NCBI GenBank assembly: GCA_030704615.1
Contig: CM060731.1
Span: 67,084,001-67,148,000 of the forward strand
DNA length: 64,000 nucleotides
DNA from: Takakia lepidozioides
Lineage: Eukaryota > Plantae > Bryophyta
Direction: 5' to 3'
Shown here: in pieces, positions 13,300 to 23,690 of the stretch
Numbering within the stretch: the stretch's first letter is position 1
How the letters are laid out: every line of letters starts with the position of its first letter
Notes under the pieces: model-generated
Told to the model about the DNA's origin: nothing
The model's input: only the letters and a program-made list of their open reading frames with translations
The model's database searches: none
Made by a program: the position numbers and the translations under genes

Positions 13300-13590
13300 T
13301 GTAGTGATGTAGTCGTATAAATAGAGCTCTGAAACCATCTTCAGTCATGGAGTCATAAGATTCCATGAAACGTCGTCCACGTGTAGTCAAACATATCACA
13401 CTAGTCATATAAACCATCCCTGTCATCATGGTCAACAATGTTTGACCAATGCTCCCTAACTTTCCGGAGTCATGTAGTGATATCCATTACTACAAAGTCA
13501 TAAAACTAAAACTGTAATGCATTTCAGCGCTCTGTAGTCATGTACCTAGTGCAGTTTTTATGACTCCGCCAAAGCCGTAGTCCTAAAAAA
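13300..13590. repeat. Right subterminal repeats of the CACTA element
   Basis: Clustered (GT)AGTCAT motifs, the reverse complement of the left-end ATGACT(AC). Confidence 0.75.
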
Positions 13591-13610
13591 GCTCATCTCT
13601 TGTAGTGCTA

Positions 13611-15240
13611 CTCACCGTTTCATGAGTGATAATTTGTTCAAAGAACTCACTCGAGGAGGAGTGTTGTGCTATTTGGAGATGCCACTGGTCACAGAGCCAG
13701 CTGAATGCTTTATTGGAGCGTTTCCATTATTCCTGGTATGTAAGTCACCTTGGCATCAAGAAAACCGTGGCCCACATCCAAAATGTTTACTATTGGCTGG
13801 GAATTCACTGGGGTGTCACGAAGTTCATCTCTAAGTATGAAGGTTGCAGTCGTGCTAACATTGTTTTCCCTAGGGCCCGGATTTTATATAGCCTTTGCCT
13901 ATGACCCATGCATTTGCTCGTGTTGGCATAGAACCCCTTGCACGCACATCAAAGGGTCGAAACTATCTTTGTGTTGTTACCGATTACTTGACTAAGTGGG
14001 TAGAAGTCCGACCTTTGCGTACCAAAGATAATGATGTTGTAGCTTCAGTTCTTCTTCAATGAGATCCTTATGTGGCATGGGTGTCCTCAGGAGATACTAA
14101 CGGATCAAGGCAAGGAGTTTTGTAACCAACTCCTTATGGTGGTTTGCTTTAATTTTGGTGTTAAGCATTGCACCACAGCCCCTTACCATCCCCAGACCAA
14201 TGGCCTCACGGAGCGCTTCAACCAATCTCTTTGCCCAATGTTGGAGAAGAATGGGGCACTTACCAGGGAGTGAGATACATTTCTTCCCCCTATTCTCTTT
14301 GTTTATCGCACCGCCGTGAATGCTAGTACCAAGAAGACTCATTTTGAGTTGTTGTATGGTCGCAAGTGTGTTTCTCCTTTGCATTCTACTCCACTTATCT
14401 CTACTGTTTCTGATCCAGTTAATCTTGAATATACCTTCGTTGAGGATCTTTATGCTAGACATGCAGTCGAGCCATCCATGATGCCAAAGAGAACATTGGG
14501 AGGCAGTGTTTCCGGTGAGTGTGAGCGTGAGCAGAAGAGGAATAATGCTCAATTTTTGAGAATATTCCATCTAATTATGCCCCTGAACCTAACTTGTGAG
14601 TAAAACCCGGAGCTCGTAGCTCCGCGCGATCTACGAATTCATGCAGAAAATGCTGAATCCGCGGAAATGAAACATACGACAATTCCGCAGTTTCGATTTG
14701 CCACAGATATATTGAACATGCACCCAAACACTCAATGCAAGAAAAAGTATTCTTGGCATATTCGAATATTTATGGTATATTCACATATTCTTGGGATATT
14801 CTTGTCTTATTCTTGAAATATTCATAAGATATTTCTGGTATATTCGAATATTTTTAGGATATTCTTTGTTAGTATTATTGGGATACCCCAACAAATATTC
14901 TTGGAATATTCTTGGACCGGAGCCTGACCCGAATCAGCCACTCACGCTCACGATATATCCGCCCCCGAACATTGGTAAGGCTCAATTAACTCAAGCCCGA
15001 AATTTTAACAAGCGTGTCAAATATTCTAATCTGTTTCAGGTGGGAGAGACCGTGTGCCTTCGGTTGCAGCATATGGTAAGCATGCATGCAAATCTAAGCT
15101 CAAGATCGATGGTCCATACTTGTTGTATCAGATTTTTTGTGGGCGACGTGCTCTCCTTCTTCTGAAGAGACCTAATGTCACAGCGCATGATAAACTTGTT
15201 TCTCTCACTGATTTGGTGCATTCCGAGTTAGTTTTTAAGC
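13611..15240 (+). pseudogene. Decayed Gypsy-1 integrase (zinc-binding region, DDE core, GPY motif), interrupted by a MITE
   Basis: SHLGIKKT..YYW; DYLTKWVEV; HGCPQEILTDQGKEF, TTAPYHPQTNGLTERFNQ; FELLYGR; after removing the MITE: AKENIGKAQLTQARNFNKR..FQVGETV..DGPY. Confidence 0.9.
14499..14966. mobile_element. 468-bp non-autonomous DNA element (MITE; Mutator- or hAT-like by TSD length)
   Basis: Direct repeat GAACATTG at 14491-14498 and 14967-14974 (9 bp if the next G is counted); imperfect TIRs GGAGGCAG..GTGAGTGTGAG vs GGGGGCGG..GTGAGCGTGAG; AT-rich non-coding core; excision restores the integrase frame. Confidence 0.85.
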
Positions 15241-15693
15241 TCACATGCATCAACGTGGAGGGACGTATGGTGGGCTGAATTCTGGATCTTCTTCGGCTTA
15301 ATGTTCGGATGCAGCTTTGATATTTTCAGTCCTTAGACATTTTTAGGGACTTAGGATAAAATACCACATGTACTCTCTGCACGGTTTTTCTACCCAATGG
15401 TTTTGTCATCGACCCAACTTGTAAGTGCCAGATTTTTCATTGGTAGGTTTTTCACCCAGTAGTAGAGGGTGATTTTATCACAACTATTGACTGCTTATTA
15501 TTTTATTTTCCTCACAGAGCTCGGATTTCTGCCCGGGGGGTAGGCTTCACAGATGTGAAGATCTATTTTCTCCTAGTTGTCAAGGACGAGAACATGACTG
15601 AATACAAACAAGAGATCAGACCAGAGGTACAAGACTAGACAAGAAATCAAGGTCGGCGTGGCCGAATGCATGGTGGGTAAACATGAATCAAGA

Positions 15694-15778
15694 TGTCGTG
15701 CACCTAAGCATCGTGCCACAACATACATCGCTGTCCACCACACAATCTAAGCACACAATCCTAGAAAGCTATACCACA
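15694..15778. repeat. Terminal repeat Y, outer copy (85 bp, TG..CA)
   Basis: Matches 16203-16287 with 1 mismatch. Confidence 0.95.
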
Positions 15779-15779
15779 A

Positions 15780-16200
15780 TGATAAGAGATGAGAAATGAG
15801 AGAAGTAGAAGACAATGAAAGCTCTCAAAGCATGAAGCAATCACATGAAGAACAAGCCCTAGTCCTTCCAAGTGAAATCCACTCTATCACATAAACTAAG
15901 TCAAGCCAAGGGCACCTTTGCTAAAGGGATCCACCCTACAAAGCCCTCAATACACTCCCTCTCAATACCTAGAGCTATGGAGGTGAGAAAAGCTCATGGA
16001 GGCTCAACTACAAGAAGATGAGCCTCCTCAACACTCACAAGGGGAAAACCTATCTCCATGTCTCAAGTGAGGCTCGACACCTCACTTGGCATGTGAGACC
16101 AAATGAAGTCCCAACACACAAAATATAAATATAAATATCTAAAATGTCCTAGTTAACTAGAAGTAGGTAATTCTAGATAACCATGACTAAAACCATGACA
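15780..16200. repeat. LTR-like repeat X, 3' copy (421 bp, TG..CA)
   Basis: Colinear with 24909-25329; about 9 substitutions by eye (~98% identity). Confidence 0.95.
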
Positions 16201-16202
16201 GT

Positions 16203-16287
16203 TGTCGTGCACCTAAGCATCGTGCCACAACATACATCGCTGTCCATCACACAATCTAAGCACACAATCCTAGAAAGCTATACCACA
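16203..16287. repeat. Terminal repeat Y, inner copy, adjacent to the PPT
   Basis: Matches 15694-15778; on the - strand it is preceded by TAGGGGGGCGAT. Confidence 0.95.
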
Positions 16288-16296
16288 ATCGCCCCC

Positions 16297-16404
16297 CTAG
16301 CTGGGACATAACCAATCCCCATCAGGAACCATCTCAAGAGGTGGAGTCAAGCATCCCATATGCCAACCTCTAGAGCATTGATCACACACCAGCATGGTGG
16401 CTGC
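16297..16404 (-). pseudogene. PHD zinc finger at the integrase C-terminus (first Cys pair missing)
   Basis: Manual translation: AATMLVCDQCSRGWHMGCLTPPLEMVPDGDWLCPS*, matching PHD CxxC-x4-H-xx-C..PPL..VP.G.W.CP. Confidence 0.85.
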
Positions 16405-17785
16405 CTGTCAGGTTTGGGTCAACCCTTCCATCAACATTTGGAAGGTGACATGGCGCGCAATTACGCACATGGTCCTTCCAAATCATGCCATCCCAACCCT
16501 CCAAGATCAGGACTCCTGAGGGCAACACCTCTCGAACCCTCAAAATAGTACGTCCTGCAGTCACATCCAAGGTCGTAGGAGCAGTCTGCTGTAGATAAAC
16601 ATAGTAACCAGGGTTGAATCTCCGAACCCCAGGACGATAGCCCCCACCACGTATGGTAGCATACCTCAACGTATCACGATGTTGTGCAATGGCAAGGTTC
16701 TCGAAAGCCATGGGCATGACTTTCTTGAACAACTCTGCACGCTGCTCACATGCACGTGCCTACACGTCCGGATCGTCAAGGTTAAGAACTGTAGCAGCTT
16801 CTCTGCGAATGGATGTAGGCAAATCCGGCTCTCGGCCAAAGAGAAGAAAGTATGGTGAGAAGGAGGCAAGTGATGCTTGCTTGCTGAACCTGTAGCCCAT
16901 GGCTAACCAGGGTAACTGAAGGTCCCAATCTCTTAGGTGTCCCTTCTGCAAGCCATACTTGCGCAAACCCCTCTTTACTGTCTGAACAACTCTCTCTGCC
17001 AAGCCATCGGCCTCAGGATGATCCCGAGAAGTGGTGCGGTGGTCTATCAAGGCCTTGTCACACAAAGCCTGAAACTCCCCCAAGAACTCTCTCCCTTGGT
17101 CCGTGAGTACCTCAGCTGGAGCACCGAATCGGCTAAGCACACAATCCAAGAATGCATACGCAACTCCCTCACTAGCCTTATCAGGCAATGGAACCAATTC
17201 AATCCACTTGGAGAAGTGCTCCACCATCACCAACACATACTTGTTGTGGCGCATGGTCAGTGGCAACGGCCCTGCGAAGTCAAGACTCCACCTGTAGCCC
17301 AATCCCATGATCGGAAGAGGGTGCAATTGTGGAGTAGGGGCGTTGAATGAAGCACGCACCCTGTTACACACCATGCACCTAGCCACAAATTGTTGCACCT
17401 CTGTGTGCATACCACGCCACCAATATTGCCCCTGCAGTAGACTATGAGTGCGTCGCACCCCAAAATGCCCCAACTCCTCATGGGCATGCCGCACTAACCG
17501 TGCCCGTTGTGTTGGGTGAGGCACAATCCTCACTCGACCATCCTCCCACACTCGGAGCAGGTGTGTCCCCTCCCACTTGAACCTCTTGGCTCGTTGTAGG
17601 ATCCGATCCCTTTCCTTGGCAGTCACAGTGGCTGCTGAAGTGGATCCAGTGCGGAGGTAGTCCAACACAACTGAATCCTCATGTATATCTTTGGCGCCAC
17701 CTTGCTCATTGCTGGCCTCAGGGTCCTCAGACACTTGATCTACAGTCATCCCTATTGCAGGTCCAACCTGGCCTTCCGCTGCCAA
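16405..17785 (-). pseudogene. Integrase (HHCC zinc domain, DDE core, C-terminal extension)
   Basis: HAHEELGHFG..YWW..CMVC; WSLDFAGPLP; VEHFSKWIE; EVLTDQGREF; HPEADGLAERVVQTVK; one in-frame TAG at 16760-16762. Confidence 0.95.
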
Positions 17786-17809
17786 GATACATAGAAATGC
17801 AGATGCATG

Positions 17810-18170
17810 TCATCCGGGCACCATCTCCTCGTCCGTCTCACCATGCCACCGAGCTCCAGTGTCATCCTGCTGGCTTGTGCATGGATTGCGACTCAACCCA
17901 TCTGCATTGCGATTGACCAAACCCGGTCGATGCACCACCTCAAAGTCATACTCTTGAAGGATGAGTGCCCACCGTGCAAGCTTCCATGTAAGCTTGTCTG
18001 ACTCCATCAACCACTTGAGTGGTTGGTGATCCGTGACAAGGGTGAAGAGATTGCCGTATAGATAGCACCTGAAGTGTGCAACGGCCCACACTGCAGCTAA
18101 GCATTCTCCCTCATATGAGCTATACTTAGACTCTGCAACGTTGTTCGAGCGGCTAACATAAGCCACTACG
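17810..18170 (-). pseudogene. RNase H (N-terminal part deleted)
   Basis: AYVSRS..ESKYSSYEGECLAAVWAV..FRCYLYG..VTDHQPLKWL..LARWALILQEYDF..NADGLSR. Confidence 0.93.
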
Positions 18171-18860
18171 AACTCTCATGCTTTTCCACCGTAGCACTAA
18201 AGATGATGATGTCATCTATGTAGCACCGAACAAACTCCACCCCTGCTAGAATCCTATCCATGACTCTCTGAAACTCTGCCGGAGCGTTCTTAAGCCCAAA
18301 TTGTAAGAACCACCACTGGTATAGGCAATCCTTCCCGTGCTCATTGAGCCCCCAGAATGCCGTCTTTTGCTTATCCGCCTCCTTGATCGGCAACTGGTGA
18401 TATCCGGATCGTAAATCCAACGTACTAAAGACCTTGGCATGCCCAATGGCATCAAAGATCTCCTCTAGTGTTGGCATGGCATACCTATCGGACTTGGTCT
18501 GACGATTTACAGGCCGGTAATCACCGCACATACGTCTCTTCGTCCAATTGCCAAAGACATCCTTCTTGGCTGGCATCACTGTGGCTGAAGCATACTCTCC
18601 CCCAGATAGCTCCACCAAACCAGCCTCCCAAAGGTCCTGAGTTCTCTTATGAATCAAGAACCTCTCCATGTCACTGTATCTATAGGGTCTCCAAAAGATT
18701 GGCGTGTCAGTAGCCAATTCAATGCAAATCTCTTGACCCTTCAGTGCTCCTAAGTCCTTCAAACTGAAGGCAAAGCAGTTCCTGTAAGCCCTCAAGAACC
18801 GCCGTATACGTTGTCTCTCTCCTCCGGTGACTATAGGTCCAACATCAGGCTTCCAGTTGT
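18171..18860 (-). pseudogene. Reverse transcriptase (truncated shortly after YIDD)
   Basis: RRMCGDYRPVN, DRYAMP, STLDLRSGYHQL, KTAFW, FGLKNAPAEFQR, CYIDDIIIFS; joined directly to RNase H at ~18170. Confidence 0.95.
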
Positions 18861-19219
18861 CCTCCGTGACTGCAACCTTGAGTCCAGCAGGCTTAGAGGT
18901 AGAAGACGAGTCCCGTGGTTGCTATGCTGCAACCTCTTGAGCAGTGACCACTGCCTCCTCTGTCAGTGACAATGTCTCATCCTGCCCTATCATCCCATCC
19001 TTGAGGACCTCCTCAATCCGAGAAAAATCCCCAACCTGATCCATCACCGCCGCCTTGGCTGCCAACTCCTTCTGAACCTCGAGCACCTCCCACGTGTGCC
19101 ATGGATGCGGCCTGCACCTCGTGGTCCTCACCTGCTCGCCCCCACTCGCTGCCTGTACCGTCTCGGTAGGCAGGGAGACTATGAAGGGAAGTGTACTCCG
19201 TACTCTGCGCTGCTCAGCC

Positions 19220-19660
19220 ATAGCCAGTGGCACATTCTCCAAGATGTATGCTGGAGATACAGCTTGATGAAACTGCAAGTGGCGCAAAATCTGCACCATC
19301 TCCCAAAACAGACCCGTCCTCGAGTCTCGCAATCCATTGCCATGTCCGGCTGATGAATGCCCTTGGCAGGGCCAACCTGCCACTACCAGATCAATGGAGC
19401 CAACCCGCTCCAAATCCTGCGCCCCCAGCAACGAAATGTCTGCTGGCAAGGCTTGTTGGTATCCACGAACTGCAGACACTGGCAACAAATCAGGGTACTG
19501 CTATACCAACTGAGCAACATGGCGCAGTGAGACGCGTCGTGCAGTCTCATCCCTCTCCACATACAGGTAACGTCGAACTCGTACACCTGCCTGCAGTACT
19601 GCAACCAATCCAGTGCTGATCCCGCCAAACAAGTCCAGAAGGCATATGCCTTCATCCGGG
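19220..19660 (-). pseudogene. C5-cytosine DNA methyltransferase domain (DNMT3-like motifs I-VI) within the pol frame
   Basis: Motif I LLDLFGGISTG (~19610-19642), motif II YLYVERD, motif III ADI, catalytic motif IV IDLVVAGWPCQGHS (~19354-19395), motif V GLRDSRTGLFWE, motif VI YILENV (19231-19248); one in-frame TAG at 19501-19503; motifs VIII-X not seen. Confidence 0.92.
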
Positions 19661-20039
19661 CACTGCCACACAAGAGGTGTGGTATCCAATGGCGACAACT
19701 GAGGTGGTCCTGGTGCAATCACCGCACTCTCCTCTTCTCCTGACGGTACAAAGGCCTCTACCCAGGCTTGTTGTACCCGTCCATCAGCAGCCTGCTGCAA
19801 ATCCTTGCTCGTACCCCATAATGGAGTGTGAGCAACCATGGCAGGCAACTCCGCCGTACCATGCATGTCATCCTGCTCTGCTGGAGGTGGCACATCCTCT
19901 GCATGGGCATTGCCTTCCAGCAACTCTCCAGGCCAACTAACTGCAGCTGTAAAGGCGGCTAGTGTTGGCATCTTGCCCCGCTGGGCAGCCGCAATACCCC
20001 CAATGAATGTCACAGGGAGTTGTGCACGACGACCATCCC

Positions 20040-20420
20040 CTGACTGCCATCCAGGCCTGTAGGATGCTGACTCCTCCCAAAAGTCCAGGGTGAAGCCCAT
20101 GGGATATAACACTGCCCCACCAACAAGGACATCGTAAGAGACCGCGTCTGTCACAATGGCCTTGGCTCGCATCACTGAGCCATCTACAAGATGATCTGGT
20201 TGTAGTCCAATGGCCAACTCACGCCGTGTCATGCCCGAGCCTGCTCTGATCCTCCCAGAGATGTCTGTATCTGGAAAGGACAAGGCTCCATATCCGCCTC
20301 CATGAGGCCCAAACCTACAATAGCAGCTCTGCCCAACATCAGTGGCTGAGTTCCTGAGTCCAACAAGACCCGCAATGGCCGGTACTTCTTGCCTGCCGGT
20401 CCACTCAAAGTGAAAATGCC
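20040..20420 (-). pseudogene. Aspartic protease
   Basis: RVLLDSGTQPLMLG (DSG at 20352-20360), then SYDVLVGGAVLYPMGFTLDFWE after one frameshift. Confidence 0.85.
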
Positions 20421-20891
20421 TCCCTAGTTGTCTAACAAGACAACTCCAGGTGTCACCATGGCGCGCTCAAAGGCTGGCCTAGCTGACAGCTCCGTCAACC
20501 TGGCAGCTGTAGCTTGCCAGGGCGCAGCCGTGGCAGTCTTGACCCTCAAATCCAAGGATCACTCTGCCACTACACCTTCCAGTAACTCCGGAGAAGATGA
20601 AGTGACCTCCCCACTCTCGCAGAGTGTTGCTGCTAGTCTGAACACTGCAGCTGGTCTTACCCCCGGCGTCGCAATCATGGTTGCCGAGAACAGTGGGGCT
20701 TGACACACAGAGGTGGCTGCTCCCAATAACACACCGGCTGCATTAGCCTTGGTAGCAGGTGTCAGTGCTGCACGTGTAGCTCTCCCCAATGGCATAGTAA
20801 CCTCCGCCTCGGTAACAGTCGGGCGAGAACTAGATGCCATGGATGACGTCGACACTGTCTCTGCCAATGTGAATGACTGAGGAAGCCTTGC

Positions 20892-22570
20892 CTAACGGCT
20901 TGCCTCCCCATGCTGTGGATCCAATTCCACCTCTGCACCTCGTGGCTCAGGAACTCGTGCTGCTCCTCGAGTCACGGCTGCAGCAGACTCCACCTGCACT
21001 AGTGGTAGTGCTGCTCCGCACATGAATCCCATGCCTCCCATATCTCCTCCCTCAGGAGCAGGAGGTGGACCATCCCGCCTGGGAGCCGGTACCACCTGAG
21101 CTGTAGCCATGGCAGCGAGCCTCTGCTCTAGCTGCTGAAGCCGGTTGGCCATGTCTTGGTCAACACCCTGACCTCCGCGTCCTTGGCCATGTTGAGCTTG
21201 CCCTTGGCCTGCACCTCGTGCCCAACCACCTCGTCCTCTCTGGGCTGGTCCACCTCGCCCCCGGCCACCATTGTTCCCTTGGAACTGGCATGGGCGCAAC
21301 TCAGGGTGCAAGTCATAACACTGGGCATCTCCATGCCCATACTTGCCACAATGCCCACACTGCAACTGTGCAGGCTGTGCTTGTGCCGACCTTCTGCCAC
21401 TCTCTGGGCAATCTCTCTTGACATGGGGTCCTCCACATGTCCAATATATTACCCCTGGTTGTTGTTGGCTGCAAAAGATGCCACGGGCCTCTGCACCTGA
21501 GGTCCCCTGTAAGCTCCATGGGACTTGGGTTGGGCAACCTTGCCCCCCTGACCACGCTGTTGGGCAGTCCCTTGTACCTGTTGGCTGGCAGCTGCACCTC
21601 GTGCAGACATGTCCTTGCCAAATCCAATGGTAACAACTCTCTCCTCCACCATGTTGAGCTCAATCCGCTCAGCCAGCAGAAACACATCCGCTAATGTGGG
21701 TTGGGCCGCTTGTAACAGGGTTGCATCCCGCACCCTTCTCTTGAGCTCTTTGTTCAAAATTCCATACCAGAACTGGACTGCCTGAGCTTCAGTAACCCCT
21801 TGGGTCACACTTATCAAGCGCCTCATACGAGTGTAGGCATCTCGCAAGCTCTCACTGGATTTGCGCTGGAAGTCTTGCAAACTTCGCAGCTTCTCTATCC
21901 GTACACCTTGGTAGTTCCTCCGCAACTCCTGGAAAAACTCCACCACCGGGTTGAATCTAGGCACATGTGTTGTAATTGTGGCAGGAGGAGTAGTAGCACC
22001 TTTTGAACTGGTACCACCTGCAGAAGTGCCGGCACTACTTGTTCCACTACTAGCGCTTGTAGTTGGAGATGTTTGTGTAGCTGCTGGTGTCACCGCTGCC
22101 CTTGTGCCTCTAGTGATTGAGACATAGTTAGGTGACCAATACTCTCGCCACTCCTCAATCTCCACCGCATGTCCCCGCCTAAATTCATGGTAATCATCCA
22201 TGGGCGGCCCCTCAAGGTGCTGGAATAGCCCCTTCCACGCCATAAAGGGCGTAAACAGTTGTGGATTGCGCATTTGCTGCAAATCACACCAACTGTCAAA
22301 CTCTTGTATAAAGTCATCAAGCTCGATGGTGCCCACAGCTCCAGAGTACCTACGTGGCCCCTTGGTAGCTCCATACATCTCCTCCATCGTGTCCCACAAC
22401 AATGGCACGGAAATGACTTGCACCCTCGGCGAGAATCCTCCGGACTTCGAGTCTGAACCTTCCTCAGAAGACACTGAAGGTGAAAGTGGCCTAAACCGCA
22501 CACCTTGTCTTGTGTACCCACTAGTATCGCTGGTGCTTGTACCGGCACTCCCCTCAGCAGCTGGTGGCAC
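20892..22570 (-). pseudogene. Gag with two zinc knuckles and an RGG-rich region
   Basis: ORF 21449-22570 (LDDFIQEFDSWC, FQRKSSESLRDAYTRMRRL, FWYGIL); (Y)WTCGGPHVKRDC at ~21408-21446; CGHCGKYGHGDAQC at ~21318-21359. Confidence 0.85.
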
Positions 22571-23384
22571 CTCCGTGATGAGAACTCACAACCCAACCGG
22601 TTGTCAACATGTCTCTAATCCCACTTTCTACAAGGTAACCGGGTAAAGAACCTGTTGCGGCTACTGGTTCAAGTAGGAATAATAGGTTTCTAACGTAGAC
22701 CTGTACCTGCACCTGCATCCACCGCAAACACTCCTATGGTCTGCTGGTCATCAACCCAGCCTCACCATAGAAGAAACACTGGTGGTCTTGCTGGTCATCA
22801 CTCCAGCCTCACCACCGACAGCATACTCTAGGATTGGCCGGTGATCAAATCCGGACCAACCTCCTATGAAAACAAGTGCCCACACAAAGCTAACATGGCG
22901 CACAGTCAAGCATGCAGGTGTGGAGGGGATCCAAACACAAGAAAATCAAGACAACAACTCCCCCACACCAAAAACACTCCACAGTGTCGCTCCTGCAAGG
23001 ACACCCCAGCCCAAACCCGGACTGACTCTTGCCTCCACCTACGCAAAGGTTTTGGCCTACAGAGAGGGTGAAAGACTATGGAGAAGAGAAACTAAAGCAA
23101 TTCCTAACCCCAGAATGCTCTCATCCCACCACTCTCCCTCCTGTCTCTATCCACTCGCTTATATGGTCGTGGCAAGTATCCTTCAATATCCCTCAATCAA
23201 TCCTTCAAGAGCTCTTCAACATTGTCCACCAAAGCTCCTCGAAGGGTCCTCCAAGGACCCCAAAGATCCTCCAAACACTCCTCCAAGGACCCCAAAGATC
23301 CTCCAAATACTCCTCCAAGGGCCCTCAAATATCTTCCAAACAATCCTCCAAAGGCCCTTAAATTTCACTAAGTCCTTTCACTGT

Positions 23385-23690
23385 TGATACCTTAACAGAG
23401 GTATAGTCTGAGCTGATTAGGGTCCACATATGGTGATACCTCAACAGAGGTATAGTAAAAGGGACAAGCTCCTGTTTGGTATACTAACAGAGGTATAGTC
23501 TGAGCTGATTAGGGTTCACATATGGTGATACCTCAATAGAGGTATAGTAAAATGGACAAGCTCATGTTTGGTATACTAACAGAGGTATAGTCTCACATTA
23601 GGGTTCACATATGGTGATACCTCAACAGAGGTATAGTCAAAGGGACAAACTCCTGTTTGGTATACTAACAGAGGTATAGTCTGAGCATAC
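23385..23690. repeat. Tandem minisatellite in the retroelement 5' leader
   Basis: Seven copies of core A(C/T)AGAGGTATAGT spaced ~44-49 bp, with two alternating linker types (~92-bp higher-order unit). Confidence 0.9.

Larger units (their letters stand above)
1768..13607. mobile_element. CACTA (En/Spm) DNA transposon, 11.84 kb, full-length but with disrupted ORFs
   Basis: Left TIR CACTACAACAGATGAGC (1768-1784); right TIR GCTCATCTCTTGTAGTG (13591-13607, 1 mismatch); 3-bp TSD CTA (1765-1767 and 13608-13610); subterminal ATGACT/AGTCAT repeats; internal transposase. Confidence 0.96.

Noticed and set aside
19220-19660. Host DNMT3/DRM gene or bacterial contamination
   Set aside because: Intronless, in frame with retroelement PR and RT, and inside TSD-bounded repeats within a plant gene neighbourhood
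23385-23690. CRISPR-like regularly spaced repeat
   Set aside because: The spacers are themselves repeated (two alternating types), the context is a eukaryotic retroelement, and there are no cas genes; it is a minisatellite
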